A stretch of DNA of 64,000 nt from Promethearchaeati archaeon SRVP18_Atabeyarchaeia-1 (GCA_037308085.1 CP147779.1:32001-96000); one strand, 5' to 3'. Positions 26,465-36,969 are shown, counted from the stretch's first letter. Notes: generated by a model not told the origin, from the letters alone. Program-made: numbers and translations.

Positions 26465-29047
26465 GTGGCTGATTATCAAATGAGCGCCAAGAAAATAGAG
26501 ATAGAAATGGAGACTCTTGGAAATGAGCGCAAGAAGATCTTTGGATTCATTGAGCAAAAGGACTTCATATTGATACTGCTGGCATTCCTTATTCCATTTT
26601 TCTCTTGGGGAACAGTCATGCTTCGTGGAATGTCTCACGTCATAAATCCCGGTGACCCGACCTACACATTCATGCTACTCTTACCCATAATACTCTTCGT
26701 ATTGGCGGCGTGGTCCGGAAGTTTGACTACCAGTATTCTAATCTCACTGGTAGCATCGGCTGGCTTCCTGATCGTGGGAATGCCCTACTATTGGAACCCA
26801 GCGGGATGGACGCCTGGCACTTACCCACCCGACCCCGTTTCACTGTTCTCCGACTGCAGCAAGCTGTTGCTCAACCTGCTCGCGCCCGGCATGCTCGGAG
26901 GCATCCTTTCCCAATTCGGGGTAATATCCGCAGCGAAAAACGATCTAAAAGAGCTTCTTCATAGACCTCTCGCAATGTTAATACTGATCGGGGCACTACT
27001 CGGCTCAGTTCTGCTCTATGGCAGAGCAAGCGCTTCCACTCTGACTGCAACCAACCCGGTAACTTTTGCCTTCCTTCTCCTGGGCGCGATGGCGATAGTC
27101 ATAGTAGTTGCCTACGCCGCTGGAACAGCCTACGGAGGACTCACTGTAGGCTTCTTAGTCGCACTCGTGTACTACTCAGCTGCAGCCGCAAAGGATCCCG
27201 CTGCTGAAATCCTAGGCGTCTTCTCAATTGGAATCGCTAACTGGGTCCTAGGAGCTGGACTCGACTTGAACTTGCAGTCCTTTTACCTTGCATACGGTTT
27301 GGGATTCCTGATCGCGGCACTTTGGGGTTCAATCTGGGGTGTCTTGGGCAAATACATGGTATATGTGACGCCGGCAAAGAAGTCAGAGGAAACAATCAAA
27401 GTGGCACACGTTTTCAGAGACTTGTGGTCGAACTACTTCATCTTCGGCAAGAATACGAGACCGGAATTCAGGCTTAAACAGGCGGCAGGATCGACTGTAC
27501 AGGAAGGCGCCACGCTGACGGGCATACTAGGAACTCCAGGGGCGAAGGCTGAATACGTGACATACAGATACTTGGATAGAAAGAAGCGATTCGAGACAGT
27601 GGAGGCATCAGTCGGTGGTATACTAGTTGAACCCAGTGAAAAGGGAATGGCAAAAGTGTACCATAGGGATTACAAGGCACGTGGAGTGGAAGAAAAGAAG
27701 ATGGTCGGAGAATTCTACGATCCAAAACCGCTATTCGACAAGTATACACCAATGTGGAGCCCATTCGCCCTATCAGTAAGGGAGTACCTCTCCAAGGTGC
27801 TGAACCCACTCGTACTCATACCAATAATAGTCGGCGCGATCTTCTTCGCTCCATTGATATTGGAAGCGTACAAGTACATTTTCAGTGGAACCGCGCCACC
27901 AGCAGCAGCATGGGTATTAATAGCACAGGTAGCGATAGTAATCCTCCTACTTGGATACCTGTTCCTCTGGAGGCGCAAGATACCTACCGCCCTCAAAGCT
28001 CACCCTGAAGGAGCATTGGCCTTTGTCTTTGCTGTCCTAGTGATCGGAGTGCTATTCATCTTCTCGTTCCAATTCCTCAGCGGATTGATTCTCCTCATTC
28101 AGAGCGAGTCAATTGATCTATCCCTTACTCTCGCGACAAACGCTGTACTGTTCCTTCTGATTGTAAGCATCTTTACATCGCTGTCAACAGTCCAGATGCT
28201 TGGAGCTGACAATTTTAACGTGTACTTCTATGACGATAAGGACAAGGATCTCAATCCGTACAAGAATGACTATGACAAACCTCAGTGGCTCAAAGGTTCA
28301 CACTACTGGATATTTAGGCACATGTACTTCTGGCCTTTCGAGGCTACCCCAAGCCTCAAGGGATTCGCGCACGAGGACTTTGAGAGAGTTGAAGTCTGGG
28401 TCAATGCCGACACAGGCAAGCCTGAGTGGTCCTTGTCCGATTACCATTGGAGAGAGCTATGGTACAAGATTCCAGAGTTAGACGAAGATATTGCGATACA
28501 GGCAAGCTTCAACAAGAACTTCCACACCCCATCGGTGTCAGTGATCAGAAGAAGCCATTTGAAAGAAGTGAAGTACGCAGGTGAATCATGGTTCGGTTCG
28601 CTTGAAATGATGTTCCACTACTTGCGTGTAAGCAGAGAGCTGAAAAAGGAAATGCTGGTACCGCCCAAGGTGTCAAAGAAGAGGGCGGAAACACTTCAGA
28701 ATTTCTTCGTGGATCTTCCGCCAGCAATAAGACTTGCTGCCGCAGGAACCATGGCGGGTTTTGCATGGAACTTCTTCAGGTACCCTCAAGGCGTATCAAC
28801 AGTGGCTAAGGTAGATGGAACTGAGAAGTACGTATACAGGGAAAAGGACTACAGACCACCATACGTTGAGAAAGTCGTAGGCGGCAACCCTTTAGCAGAG
28901 CCGAACGATGGACTGGGTGCGCCGGCTGTCCTAGACGACAAAGCTCCTCAACTCTGTCCCAAATGCGGAAAAGCATTACCGACAAGCCTAGTATGCAGTA
29001 ACTGCAAGACAGACGCCAAAGTGGAATCGTTCCTAAACATAATGTGA
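26465..29047 (+). CDS. large polytopic membrane protein with soluble C-terminal domain and Zn ribbon
   Basis: More than 10 hydrophobic helices; soluble HEDFERVEVW..SDYHW..NFHTP region; CPKCG..CSNC at C-terminus. Confidence 0.75.
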   Translation: MADYQMSAKKIEIEMETLGNERKKIFGFIEQKDFILILLAFLIPFFSWGTVMLRGMSHVINPGDPTYTFMLLLPIILFVLAAWSGSLTTSILISLVASAGFLIVGMPYYWNPAGWTPGTYPPDPVSLFSDCSKLLLNLLAPGMLGGILSQFGVISAAKNDLKELLHRPLAMLILIGALLGSVLLYGRASASTLTATNPVTFAFLLLGAMAIVIVVAYAAGTAYGGLTVGFLVALVYYSAAAAKDPAAEILGVFSIGIANWVLGAGLDLNLQSFYLAYGLGFLIAALWGSIWGVLGKYMVYVTPAKKSEETIKVAHVFRDLWSNYFIFGKNTRPEFRLKQAAGSTVQEGATLTGILGTPGAKAEYVTYRYLDRKKRFETVEASVGGILVEPSEKGMAKVYHRDYKARGVEEKKMVGEFYDPKPLFDKYTPMWSPFALSVREYLSKVLNPLVLIPIIVGAIFFAPLILEAYKYIFSGTAPPAAAWVLIAQVAIVILLLGYLFLWRRKIPTALKAHPEGALAFVFAVLVIGVLFIFSFQFLSGLILLIQSESIDLSLTLATNAVLFLLIVSIFTSLSTVQMLGADNFNVYFYDDKDKDLNPYKNDYDKPQWLKGSHYWIFRHMYFWPFEATPSLKGFAHEDFERVEVWVNADTGKPEWSLSDYHWRELWYKIPELDEDIAIQASFNKNFHTPSVSVIRRSHLKEVKYAGESWFGSLEMMFHYLRVSRELKKEMLVPPKVSKKRAETLQNFFVDLPPAIRLAAAGTMAGFAWNFFRYPQGVSTVAKVDGTEKYVYREKDYRPPYVEKVVGGNPLAEPNDGLGAPAVLDDKAPQLCPKCGKALPTSLVCSNCKTDAKVESFLNIM

Positions 29048-29097
29048 ACGCGCTAAGCAAACGTGCAGGGATCTCGCAGAACAAATGGGAATCGCAG

Positions 29098-29146
29098 ATG
29101 ACGGGGAAGGACGAAACAGTTGTTCTTCCCGTTCGTCCTCTTTTTC
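29098..29146. terminator. hairpin with T-tract between convergent genes
   Basis: CGGGGAAGGAC...GTTCTTCCCG stem followed by CTCTTTTT, between stops at 29047 (+) and 29150 (-). Confidence 0.45.
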
Positions 29147-29149
29147 TGG

Positions 29150-29884
29150 TTACTGATCTTTGGGTTTTCTGGAATAATTTGCTTGCTTGACATCATATTC
29201 TTTTCTCGTCATATGGGTTCTAGAGGGGCATCCTTTCACTACTGTATTTGCCGGAACGTCTCTTGTGACTATAGAGCCACTTGCCACAACTGCGCGTTCG
29301 CCCACTGTTATTCCCGCTATCAGGATGCTCCCCGCGCCTATTGCCGCCTCCTTCTCTATGGTCACGCCTGAGATCTCGGGAGATGGAGGGTATAAGTCGT
29401 TTGTGACCACAACATAAGGGCCTAGGAAAACTCCCTCTTTGATGATTGTTCCTGGTGGAATATAGACGCCGGATTGGATGTTGACGTTCGCGCCTATTTC
29501 GGCCGAGCCGTCGATGACGCTGTTTGTACCGATGCGTGAATGTTCCCCGATATTGCAGTTTTCTCTTATGAGGACATGGTGCCCTGTCTCAGCGTCATCA
29601 CCAATTGCCGTGTTCTCATAGATTATGGTGCCCGCGCGGATTATTACATTGGAGCCGATAATCGTGCCGCTACTCTTCCCGCTGAGCAGCTTCAGATCAA
29701 CCTTCTTCAGGTCTAGGTCTGACAGAATAGCCTTGACAGTTTTCCGTATTGGGTGACCTATTATGCACCCTTCTCCAATCAGGGTCCTTGATCCGATAAT
29801 GGATTTGCCAAGGATTATCGCGTCTCCCTCGATTTCTCCTTCCACCCTTGATTCTGTCGAAATGAATCTCAATGCTAGTTCCAC
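29150..29884 (-). CDS. hexapeptide-repeat (left-handed beta-helix) N-acyltransferase, sugar-nucleotide type
   Basis: Repeated IG..x.IG hexapeptides, VVTNDLYP, VTRDVP..VVKGCP; divergent from glmS. Confidence 0.85.
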   Translation of the reverse strand: MELALRFISTESRVEGEIEGDAIILGKSIIGSRTLIGEGCIIGHPIRKTVKAILSDLDLKKVDLKLLSGKSSGTIIGSNVIIRAGTIIYENTAIGDDAETGHHVLIRENCNIGEHSRIGTNSVIDGSAEIGANVNIQSGVYIPPGTIIKEGVFLGPYVVVTNDLYPPSPEISGVTIEKEAAIGAGSILIAGITVGERAVVASGSIVTRDVPANTVVKGCPSRTHMTRKEYDVKQANYSRKPKDQ

Positions 29885-30088
29885 ACCTCAGGTTTTCAGA
29901 TCAGGCATGAACGCGAAGGAAATGTTTAATTTCTGTCAATACATAACCCTTATTTAATCTTGCTCCGACGATAATCACTGACACTTGCAAGAAAAAGGTT
30001 TCTTCGGGAGGGGCATCCCCCAGCAAATGACATTTATTGATTGATTGCCGGGTGCTTTCCGTAGCCTGCGGTTGAGGAGACTTCAGAG

Positions 30089-31912
30089 ATGTGCGGCATA
30101 ATTGGCGTTGCATCTAAGACCAATGAAGTCGCAGGCACCATTATCAGCTCCCTGAAGAGACTTGAGTATCGAGGGTACGATTCCTCGGGGATAGCGATCG
30201 AAGGAACCCATGGTCTTGCAATCGTTAAGGACAAGGGGTCAGTAGACCGCATTGCCAAGGAAATCGACCCTGCAAAAACAAGCGGGCATGTCGGGATCGG
30301 GCATACGAGGTGGGCTACCCACGGTCCTCCGTCGAGACTCAACGCGCATCCTCACACGGACTGCAGCGGGAGAATAGCGGTCGCACACAACGGTATAATT
30401 GAGAACTTCATGGAGCTTAGAAAATATCTGGAAGAGAGAGGGCATGAATTCGTCTCTGAAACAGATACCGAAATCATACCTCACCTTATTGAGGAATTCA
30501 GCAAGAAGGGAATCCCACTAAGAGATGCGTTCAGAGAAGCATTGATGATGCTGAAAGGGTCTTATGGTCTCGTCATGATATCAGCTGATGACCGTGGCAA
30601 GATATTCTGCGCAAGGAAAGAAAGCCCTATCTTGATAGGCATAGGAAAGCATGAGGTCTACTGCGCTTCTGACATAACTGCTTTCCTTCCGTTCACCAAT
30701 AGGGTCATCTTACTCCGAGACGGGGAGATGGCCACGCTCGAACCAGATAGCATCTTAATAGAGAAGATCGACGACGCGACTGTTGTTCCGCCAAGGATAA
30801 CCACGGTAGATTGGAGCCCTCAGATGGCTCAGAAGTCTGGATACCGGCATTTCATGCTAAAGGAGATCCATGAACAACCCTATGCTCTGAGAAACACCCT
30901 GAGAATAGACGATCACCTTATCGAGCCTTTTGCAAAGATAGTGAATGATTCCGGCAGAGTCATTTTAACAGCAGCTGGAACATCCAACCATGCGTGCATT
31001 ATTGGGAAATACATGTTTACACACTTGGCCCAGCTGTACTGCCAGTCTGTGATCTCCTCCGAGTTCAGCGAAGTGGCCCTGAATACAATAGGCAAGGGAG
31101 ACACTGTGATAGCCTTGAGTCAATCAGGGGAAACCATGGACACACTTGACGCCGCGAAGAAGGCCAAGGAGAAGGGCGCAAGCATTCTATCCATAACCAA
31201 CGTCGTCGGGAGCTCCATAACGCACATCTCGGATCAGACAATATACACCCAGGCTGGACCGGAAATCGGGGTCGCAGCAACGAAGACTTTTATAGTTGAG
31301 GTAGCATCGCTGGCACTGCTCTCACTCGAACTTTCAAGGCTCAGAGGAACCCTGGACTACACTGAGGCACAAAGCAGAAAGAGAGGGTTACTTGACTCAC
31401 CTCGACTGATTGAAGACATCATAAAGAACATGGACGGCCTTACGACTAGGGTGGCAGATAAGTACTACAAGGCGCCAAGTTTTCTCTTCTTGGGCAGAGG
31501 CATAAGCACAGCGACGGCCATGGAGGGGGCCCTGAAACTTAAGGAGATATCATATACCCATGCTGAGGGATACCCTGCGGGCGAGAGCAAGCATGGACCA
31601 ATATCACTCGTTGAACCTGGCTTTCCTGTCGTGTTCATAGCTCCGCCAGATCAGACGTACGATAGACTCATCGGCAACATTATGGAAATGAAGGCGCGCG
31701 AGGCAAGAATACTAACGGTCGCCGCCCAAGGCGACGACAAAGTTGGGCGACTGTCCGACGCGATCTTCGGGATTCCTGGCAACACGCCCGCCGAGTTCTC
31801 TCCGATTCCCTACATTGTTCCCCTGCAGTTACTGGCATACCATATCGCCGTCAAGAGGGGACTGAACCCAGACAAGCCCAGAAACCTTGCAAAGTCCGTG
31901 ACGGTCAGATAG
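30089..31912 (+). CDS. glmS: glutamine--fructose-6-phosphate transaminase (isomerizing)
   Basis: MCGIIG, LEYRGYDSSG, GHTRWATHG, SQSGET, KHGP, PRNLAKSVT. Confidence 0.98.
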   Translation: MCGIIGVASKTNEVAGTIISSLKRLEYRGYDSSGIAIEGTHGLAIVKDKGSVDRIAKEIDPAKTSGHVGIGHTRWATHGPPSRLNAHPHTDCSGRIAVAHNGIIENFMELRKYLEERGHEFVSETDTEIIPHLIEEFSKKGIPLRDAFREALMMLKGSYGLVMISADDRGKIFCARKESPILIGIGKHEVYCASDITAFLPFTNRVILLRDGEMATLEPDSILIEKIDDATVVPPRITTVDWSPQMAQKSGYRHFMLKEIHEQPYALRNTLRIDDHLIEPFAKIVNDSGRVILTAAGTSNHACIIGKYMFTHLAQLYCQSVISSEFSEVALNTIGKGDTVIALSQSGETMDTLDAAKKAKEKGASILSITNVVGSSITHISDQTIYTQAGPEIGVAATKTFIVEVASLALLSLELSRLRGTLDYTEAQSRKRGLLDSPRLIEDIIKNMDGLTTRVADKYYKAPSFLFLGRGISTATAMEGALKLKEISYTHAEGYPAGESKHGPISLVEPGFPVVFIAPPDQTYDRLIGNIMEMKAREARILTVAAQGDDKVGRLSDAIFGIPGNTPAEFSPIPYIVPLQLLAYHIAVKRGLNPDKPRNLAKSVTVR

Positions 31913-32081
31913 AGAAACTCGGGAACCCATATTCCGTTAGTCTCAATAACATTTAAAACCATAATCAACCAAACCATACCTTAATGAATGCTGGTCAGTT
32001 CAAGTGACGAGCTCCGCGCACGTTGAAAGAGCCTAGATCAAAGGTATCTGGAAGAATGTCAACTGGAGGTTGAATCAGGAA

Positions 32082-32438
32082 TTGGGTGGTGGCGGAAAAA
32101 GAAAATCCATCGCAGCTTCTGAGAAGTCGCAGTCTCGAGGCGGAGGCAAAGAGGGAGAAGGAAAAGAAGAAAAGAAAGCCTCAACGGAACAGAAAACAGG
32201 TCCACGTTCGGTCGTCACTAGCGAAGAGCTGCTGAAGACTATCAAGAAGGAGTCTCTGAAGACGCCTGCAATAACGCCCTACGCTATAGCATCAAAATAC
32301 AATCTAAAGATCAGCACAGCAAAGGCGTTGCTCAAGGACTTCGCAACGGCCAACCTGATCAGGAAGGCTGCAAGCAACCGGCGAACCATTGTGTATACAC
32401 CTGTGCAAGCCAAACCTGAACAGGCCCCTGCAGCGTAG
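32082..32438 (+). CDS. rps25e: 30S ribosomal protein S25e
   Basis: GGGKRK N-terminus; ITPYAIASKYNLKISTAKALLKDF..NLIRK...RRTIVYTP; TTG start after GGAGGT. Confidence 0.9.
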   Translation: MGGGGKRKSIAASEKSQSRGGGKEGEGKEEKKASTEQKTGPRSVVTSEELLKTIKKESLKTPAITPYAIASKYNLKISTAKALLKDFATANLIRKAASNRRTIVYTPVQAKPEQAPAA

Positions 32439-32516
32439 CATACAGGTCGAGTGTGGATTCAGAGTCCTTTGGCAAGCGATCTGGAATCTTCCCTACTTCA
32501 CAAGGAGCGCTTTTTC

Positions 32517-32891
32517 ATGTCTGATGCAGGGAGATATAGAGTTGTTTTTAGAATCGAGGGGGTAGGGGAGGCTAAGGGTGAGCTTATCCGCATCAAGGCG
32601 CCCCTTACTGCTGAGAACGTCTGGAAAGCAATCCCCATTACGGGCATAGCGAGCATCTGGAAGAACGCAGAGGTATACTTCCCAGCAGGAATCAAGAGGG
32701 GATCGGAAAAAGCAACAAGGAAGATCGAAGAAGGAGATATAGCATATTGGCCTCTGGGAGATGCAATATGCGTATTCCTTGATAACGTGGAACCCTACTC
32801 AGATGTGAATCGAATTGGGAGGATAACGGATGGACTAGCACTCTTCAGCAAAGCCAGACAGGGAACAAAGGTTACTCTAGATAGAGACTGA
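32517..32891 (+). CDS. cyclophilin-like fold protein (TM1367/AF2241-like)
   Basis: APLTAENVWKAIP...EVYF...GDIAYWPLGDAICVF...VNRIG. Confidence 0.85.
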   Translation: MSDAGRYRVVFRIEGVGEAKGELIRIKAPLTAENVWKAIPITGIASIWKNAEVYFPAGIKRGSEKATRKIEEGDIAYWPLGDAICVFLDNVEPYSDVNRIGRITDGLALFSKARQGTKVTLDRD

Positions 32892-33192
32892 AACCCCAGA
32901 ATGCGGAGACGCTCTACAAATGAAGCATCCTGGAACCTCCAATCTACTTGGGCTCAGGAAAATATATAGGGATCAGCAATCATTATCCGTTTTTCTCAAA
33001 TGCTTGGGTTCAAGCTGAGTCATCGAACGAATGTGGAATTCTCAAGCTAGGAACGTAACGAGATATCGAATGGCAAATCACGAGACGTGAGGGTTAGAGG
33101 TTATGTCTTTCAAGGCAAGACATGATGATCAGCTTAGGCATCTGCGATAAACCCATTGAACAAGGAGCCTTAGAGGGGGAAAAGACACCACG

Positions 33193-34566
33193 ATAGTCGA
33201 CGAAGTACAGATCTCGAAGATCTTTGAACCTGACAAAGTGACCTTGATAGGTTCATCTCAGCTTCGAGAGTCTGTCGGAATGATGAACCCGCGCATATTT
33301 GATTCTATATATCATAACCTTACGAAGTTCTTCAAGGGCAAGGTCGCAAAGTGCGACGTGGGTACCGATGTAAGAACGCTTAAGAGTATCCACCTTGATG
33401 CCGATCTAGTCGTTGTAGTCCTGTCAGCCGCATTAGCGAATGAGGCTCTTGAGATCTCTGGAGAAAGCGGCGTGAAGAACGCAATTGTCATCCCCGGAGG
33501 TTTTAAGGATACCGAGAGAAGGAAGCTTGTTGACATCGCTAGAGCCAAGAGGATGCGAGTCCTGGGTCCCAACGCTATCATGGGAGTGATCAATACAAGG
33601 AACGGGCTGAACACGACCTTTGAAATGGATATGATGCCTAAGCTCGGAGGGCTTTCCATCATCAGCCAGAGTGGGGGAGTTGGGGCAGCACTCATAGACT
33701 GGGCGATATACTACGGGGTTGGAATTAGCAAGTTCATCTGGCTGGGCGACAAGGCTGACATTAACGAAACAGACTTGCTCAACTATTTGAGCTACGACAA
33801 CGACACTCGCGTCATCTTGATGTATCTGGAGAGCGTCAAGGACGGAAGGACATTCCTGAAAACGGTCAGGCAAGTAACCGAGAGAAAGCCTATCGTGATT
33901 CTTAAAGGTGGGGTCTCAGAAGAGGCCAAGGCTAGGGCGCTAAGCCATACCGCAGCGATAAGCGCCGGCAGTGACACCATATTCAGGGTTGGGGCAAAAC
34001 AAAACGGTGCCATAATGGTTGACTCAATGGAGCAACTTTTCATCGCTGGCGAGGTCTTGGAGAAGCAACCTCCAATGAACGGCGACAAAGTGGTAATTGT
34101 CTCAAACGTGGGGGGTCCGGCCGTGCTAATGGCCGATGCTTCTCAACAGTATGGGTTGAGGCTCGCCAAACTCTCCGAGGAGGTGGCGAAGAAGATAGAA
34201 GCCAAGTATCCTGGGGTTGAAGCGCTGAACCCACTAGACATCATAGCAGACGCGAGGGGAGATCGCTACAAGGATATTCTCGAAAGCGTTTTGGCAGAGG
34301 AAGAAGTCAACGGCGCTCTTGTGATCAACATGTTGAAGTCGTGCCTTACCCTACCTGACGACGTCAGAATTCTTCCAGAGTTGGCGAAGCGCTATCCCGA
34401 CAAGCCGATCATAGACTGCATCCCTGGCGGGGAGGACTACAAGAAAATCCGCGATATACTAAGCAACACAAATGTGCCCGTCTTCAATACTCCAGACAAG
34501 GCGGTTTTCGCGCTAAAGGTGCTGAACAACTATGGGAAATATCTCTCAAGGATGAGAAGGGAATAG
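33193..34566 (+). CDS. NDP-forming acyl-CoA synthetase alpha-subunit-like protein (divergent CoA-binding domain)
   Basis: FEPDKVTLIGSS, LGPN, ISQSGG, YLES, LKGG, SHT (phospho-His), NPLD; homology extends upstream of GTG 33238 so start placed at ATA 33193. Confidence 0.8.
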   Translation: MVDEVQISKIFEPDKVTLIGSSQLRESVGMMNPRIFDSIYHNLTKFFKGKVAKCDVGTDVRTLKSIHLDADLVVVVLSAALANEALEISGESGVKNAIVIPGGFKDTERRKLVDIARAKRMRVLGPNAIMGVINTRNGLNTTFEMDMMPKLGGLSIISQSGGVGAALIDWAIYYGVGISKFIWLGDKADINETDLLNYLSYDNDTRVILMYLESVKDGRTFLKTVRQVTERKPIVILKGGVSEEAKARALSHTAAISAGSDTIFRVGAKQNGAIMVDSMEQLFIAGEVLEKQPPMNGDKVVIVSNVGGPAVLMADASQQYGLRLAKLSEEVAKKIEAKYPGVEALNPLDIIADARGDRYKDILESVLAEEEVNGALVINMLKSCLTLPDDVRILPELAKRYPDKPIIDCIPGGEDYKKIRDILSNTNVPVFNTPDKAVFALKVLNNYGKYLSRMRRE

Positions 34567-34636
34567 AGTCCCTAGAAAACACTGGGCTTCCTAACATCAT
34601 TGACTTCGTTAACGCGGTTGCTGGTGCTTCCTAGTT

Positions 34637-35968
34637 TCACTGCTTTTTGATCTTCTTCAGGAAATCAGAGACTATGTCGTCCAAGTCGGGTTTTGTTAAC
34701 TCTTCCAGTTCATAACATACTTGTGCAAGGGGTTTTTCGATCTTCATTATTCTGTTGAGATCGATCGGGGTCGCTGATAGCACCGTATCACAGGGTGTAT
34801 CCCTTATTGTTTTCTCCAAGTCCTTTATCTGTTCAGGCGAGTACCCCATAGTAGGTAATAGCGCTCCCACATTCTTGTATTTGTTGAACGTATCCTTTAT
34901 AGTCCCGGCCGCATACGGGTGAGGATCCACTATGACTGCCTTCAGGTTCTTGGCCGCGACGGTCCCTGCGCCATATGGAGTCTGCCCATGCGTCACAGTC
35001 GGTCCATCTTCGATGACTAGCACCTTCTTGCCTTTGACCAATTCAGGGTGGTCAACATCTATCTTTGACTTCGCATCAATAATGATGGCCTTCGAATTCA
35101 CCCTCGCGATGTTTGACTTCACCAGATCTACTGCTTCCTTCTTTGCCACGTCAACCTTGTTTATCACGATGACGTCAGACATTATTACGTTTGTTTCGCC
35201 AGGGTATGATCCTACTTCTTGACCAGGTCTCAGCGCATCTGCCACCGTGATCAGTAGGTCTGGAGTGAAAAAGGACATGTCGTTGTTTCCGCCGTCCCAG
35301 AGAACTATGTCGGCCTCCTTCTCAGCTTTCCGAAGGATTTTCTCATAGTCCACTCCAGCGTACACAATCGTTCCCATGTTTATGTGAGGCTCGTATTCTT
35401 CCCGCTCCTCAATTGTGCACCTGGCGGCATCCAGATCTTCAAGGCTTGCAAAGCGTTGAACCGCCTGAGACGCGAGGTCAGGGTCATATGGCATCGGATG
35501 CCGGACTGCGACCAACTTGACTCCCCTGCTCTTCAGGATCCTCGAGATTCTGCGAGTAACCGTACTCTTGCCGGCCCCCGTCCTGACGGCGCATATTGCT
35601 ATGACAGGGACCTTAGACTTGATGCAGGTGGACTTTGGCCCCATCAATACGAAGTCGGCGCCAGACGCGAGAACTAAGGAGGCCTTGTGCATGACAACGT
35701 CATGTTGAAGGTCACTGTAGGCTAAGACTACCTCGTCAACACCGTTCTTCTTCACAAGCGTGCTTAGCTCTTGCTCAGGTTTGATGGGTATGCCCTTCGG
35801 GTACAAGGGACCAGAAAGCTCGGGGGGATAGCTTCTGTCCTCAATCCCCGGTATCTGAGTCGCCGTGAATGCGACGACTTCATATGCCTTGTTACTCTTG
35901 AAGAAGACGTTAAAGTTGTGGAAGTCTCTTCCGGCAGCTCCCATTATAATGACTTTTCTTCTCTCCAA
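34637..35968 (-). CDS. P-loop ligase of the cDPGS-like / arginine synthetase (ArcE)-like family
   Basis: IIMGAAGRDFHNFN, AVRTGAGKS P-loop, RHPMPY, TIEEREEYE, WDGGNND, EDGPT. Confidence 0.8.
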   Translation of the reverse strand: MERRKVIIMGAAGRDFHNFNVFFKSNKAYEVVAFTATQIPGIEDRSYPPELSGPLYPKGIPIKPEQELSTLVKKNGVDEVVLAYSDLQHDVVMHKASLVLASGADFVLMGPKSTCIKSKVPVIAICAVRTGAGKSTVTRRISRILKSRGVKLVAVRHPMPYDPDLASQAVQRFASLEDLDAARCTIEEREEYEPHINMGTIVYAGVDYEKILRKAEKEADIVLWDGGNNDMSFFTPDLLITVADALRPGQEVGSYPGETNVIMSDVIVINKVDVAKKEAVDLVKSNIARVNSKAIIIDAKSKIDVDHPELVKGKKVLVIEDGPTVTHGQTPYGAGTVAAKNLKAVIVDPHPYAAGTIKDTFNKYKNVGALLPTMGYSPEQIKDLEKTIRDTPCDTVLSATPIDLNRIMKIEKPLAQVCYELEELTKPDLDDIVSDFLKKIKKQ

Positions 35969-36264
35969 ACTCAGTCACCTGTTCGCGACCCTCATCCGTG
36001 AATCCAATCAGAATTGTATTAATCGCACAGATCCGCTAGAAACGAATCCGATGGCCTCTTAGAGGGCAGTTGAAGCTTGATCAAGATTATTGTAGGCGAT
36101 TTAAAAAGGTATTGCATCAAGAACTCGGTCTGAATCAGTAGAAAAAGGATGGAAACAACTGAAAAGTTTGTTCTTTCCTGGTTGGATGAGAGCACCATCT
36201 GAAGAACGCCAAGCGATAAGAGAAAGCTCAATTCCTTTGCTGCTCTTAGGTTGTGGGGAGGCGT

Positions 36265-36492
36265 TCAGTCTCTCAGCCAAAACTCGGCACGACAATTCTC
36301 ACAGACAACCCTTCGCTTCAGTTTTCCGGAAGAGTAGTAGACCTCGATTTTGAAGGGTCTGTCACAGGAGCCACATCTACAATCCTCGGACTCCCTGACC
36401 TCCACAAGAACTAGGTTCTTCTTCTCTTCCTCATTGTCCTTTTGCTTCTCCTGAAACCTTTCCTGCCAACTCTTCAATCTTTTTCGCTCCAT
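36265..36492 (-). CDS. small Zn-ribbon protein
   Basis: CGSC and CENC pairs after a charged N-terminus; co-oriented downstream of albA. Confidence 0.6.
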   Translation of the reverse strand: MERKRLKSWQERFQEKQKDNEEEKKNLVLVEVRESEDCRCGSCDRPFKIEVYYSSGKLKRRVVCENCRAEFWLRD

Positions 36493-36621
36493 AAGTCATC
36501 CGACGTCATGATTCCAGAAAATCCGGCGGGAGCAAGAATCTGCGTTGCCAATGCTCCCCTCTACTAAATTTCTTCAGCAGTATTGCAGTAACAAAAGAGA
36601 GATTGAGTCGTAGAGTACCAT

Positions 36622-36969
36622 CTACGCCTTCTCAAGCATTATAGTGATTGTGGACACGTTTCTCTTTATGTTGTCTTCACTGATTACCTCTGTTCCGATC
36701 TCAATCGACTTGACTTTGCATTTGTCCTGTAGAAACCTTGCTCTGGTGATCTCAGCGACGTCCACGGCCTTCGATATGACTCGACCTCGCGCTTTGATCG
36801 CAACGTTGTCAGAACCTTTGCTGAATTGCAGCACTGTAGCGAGTACATAATTCATTGTATTCTTATTGCCAACATAGATTGTGTTCTCAGGTGGACGCTC
36901 TCTCTTCTCTGGGTGTTCTTTCGGAGCATCCTTTACTTCTTTACTGTCACGTACCTTTTTTTCGGGCAT
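36622..36969 (-). CDS. albA: DNA/RNA-binding protein Alba
   Basis: IYVGNKNTMNYVLA, IKARGRVISKAVDVAE, IEIGTE, NVSTITI. Confidence 0.95.
   Translation of the reverse strand: MPEKKVRDSKEVKDAPKEHPEKRERPPENTIYVGNKNTMNYVLATVLQFSKGSDNVAIKARGRVISKAVDVAEITRARFLQDKCKVKSIEIGTEVISEDNIKRNVSTITIMLEKA

Noticed and set aside
29098-29140. Eukaryote-like SECIS (ATGA...AAA hairpin) after a TGA-ending gene
   Set aside because: The 3' GA of the non-Watson-Crick quartet is missing and the upstream TGA is not at a Cys-like position; better explained as a terminator hairpin
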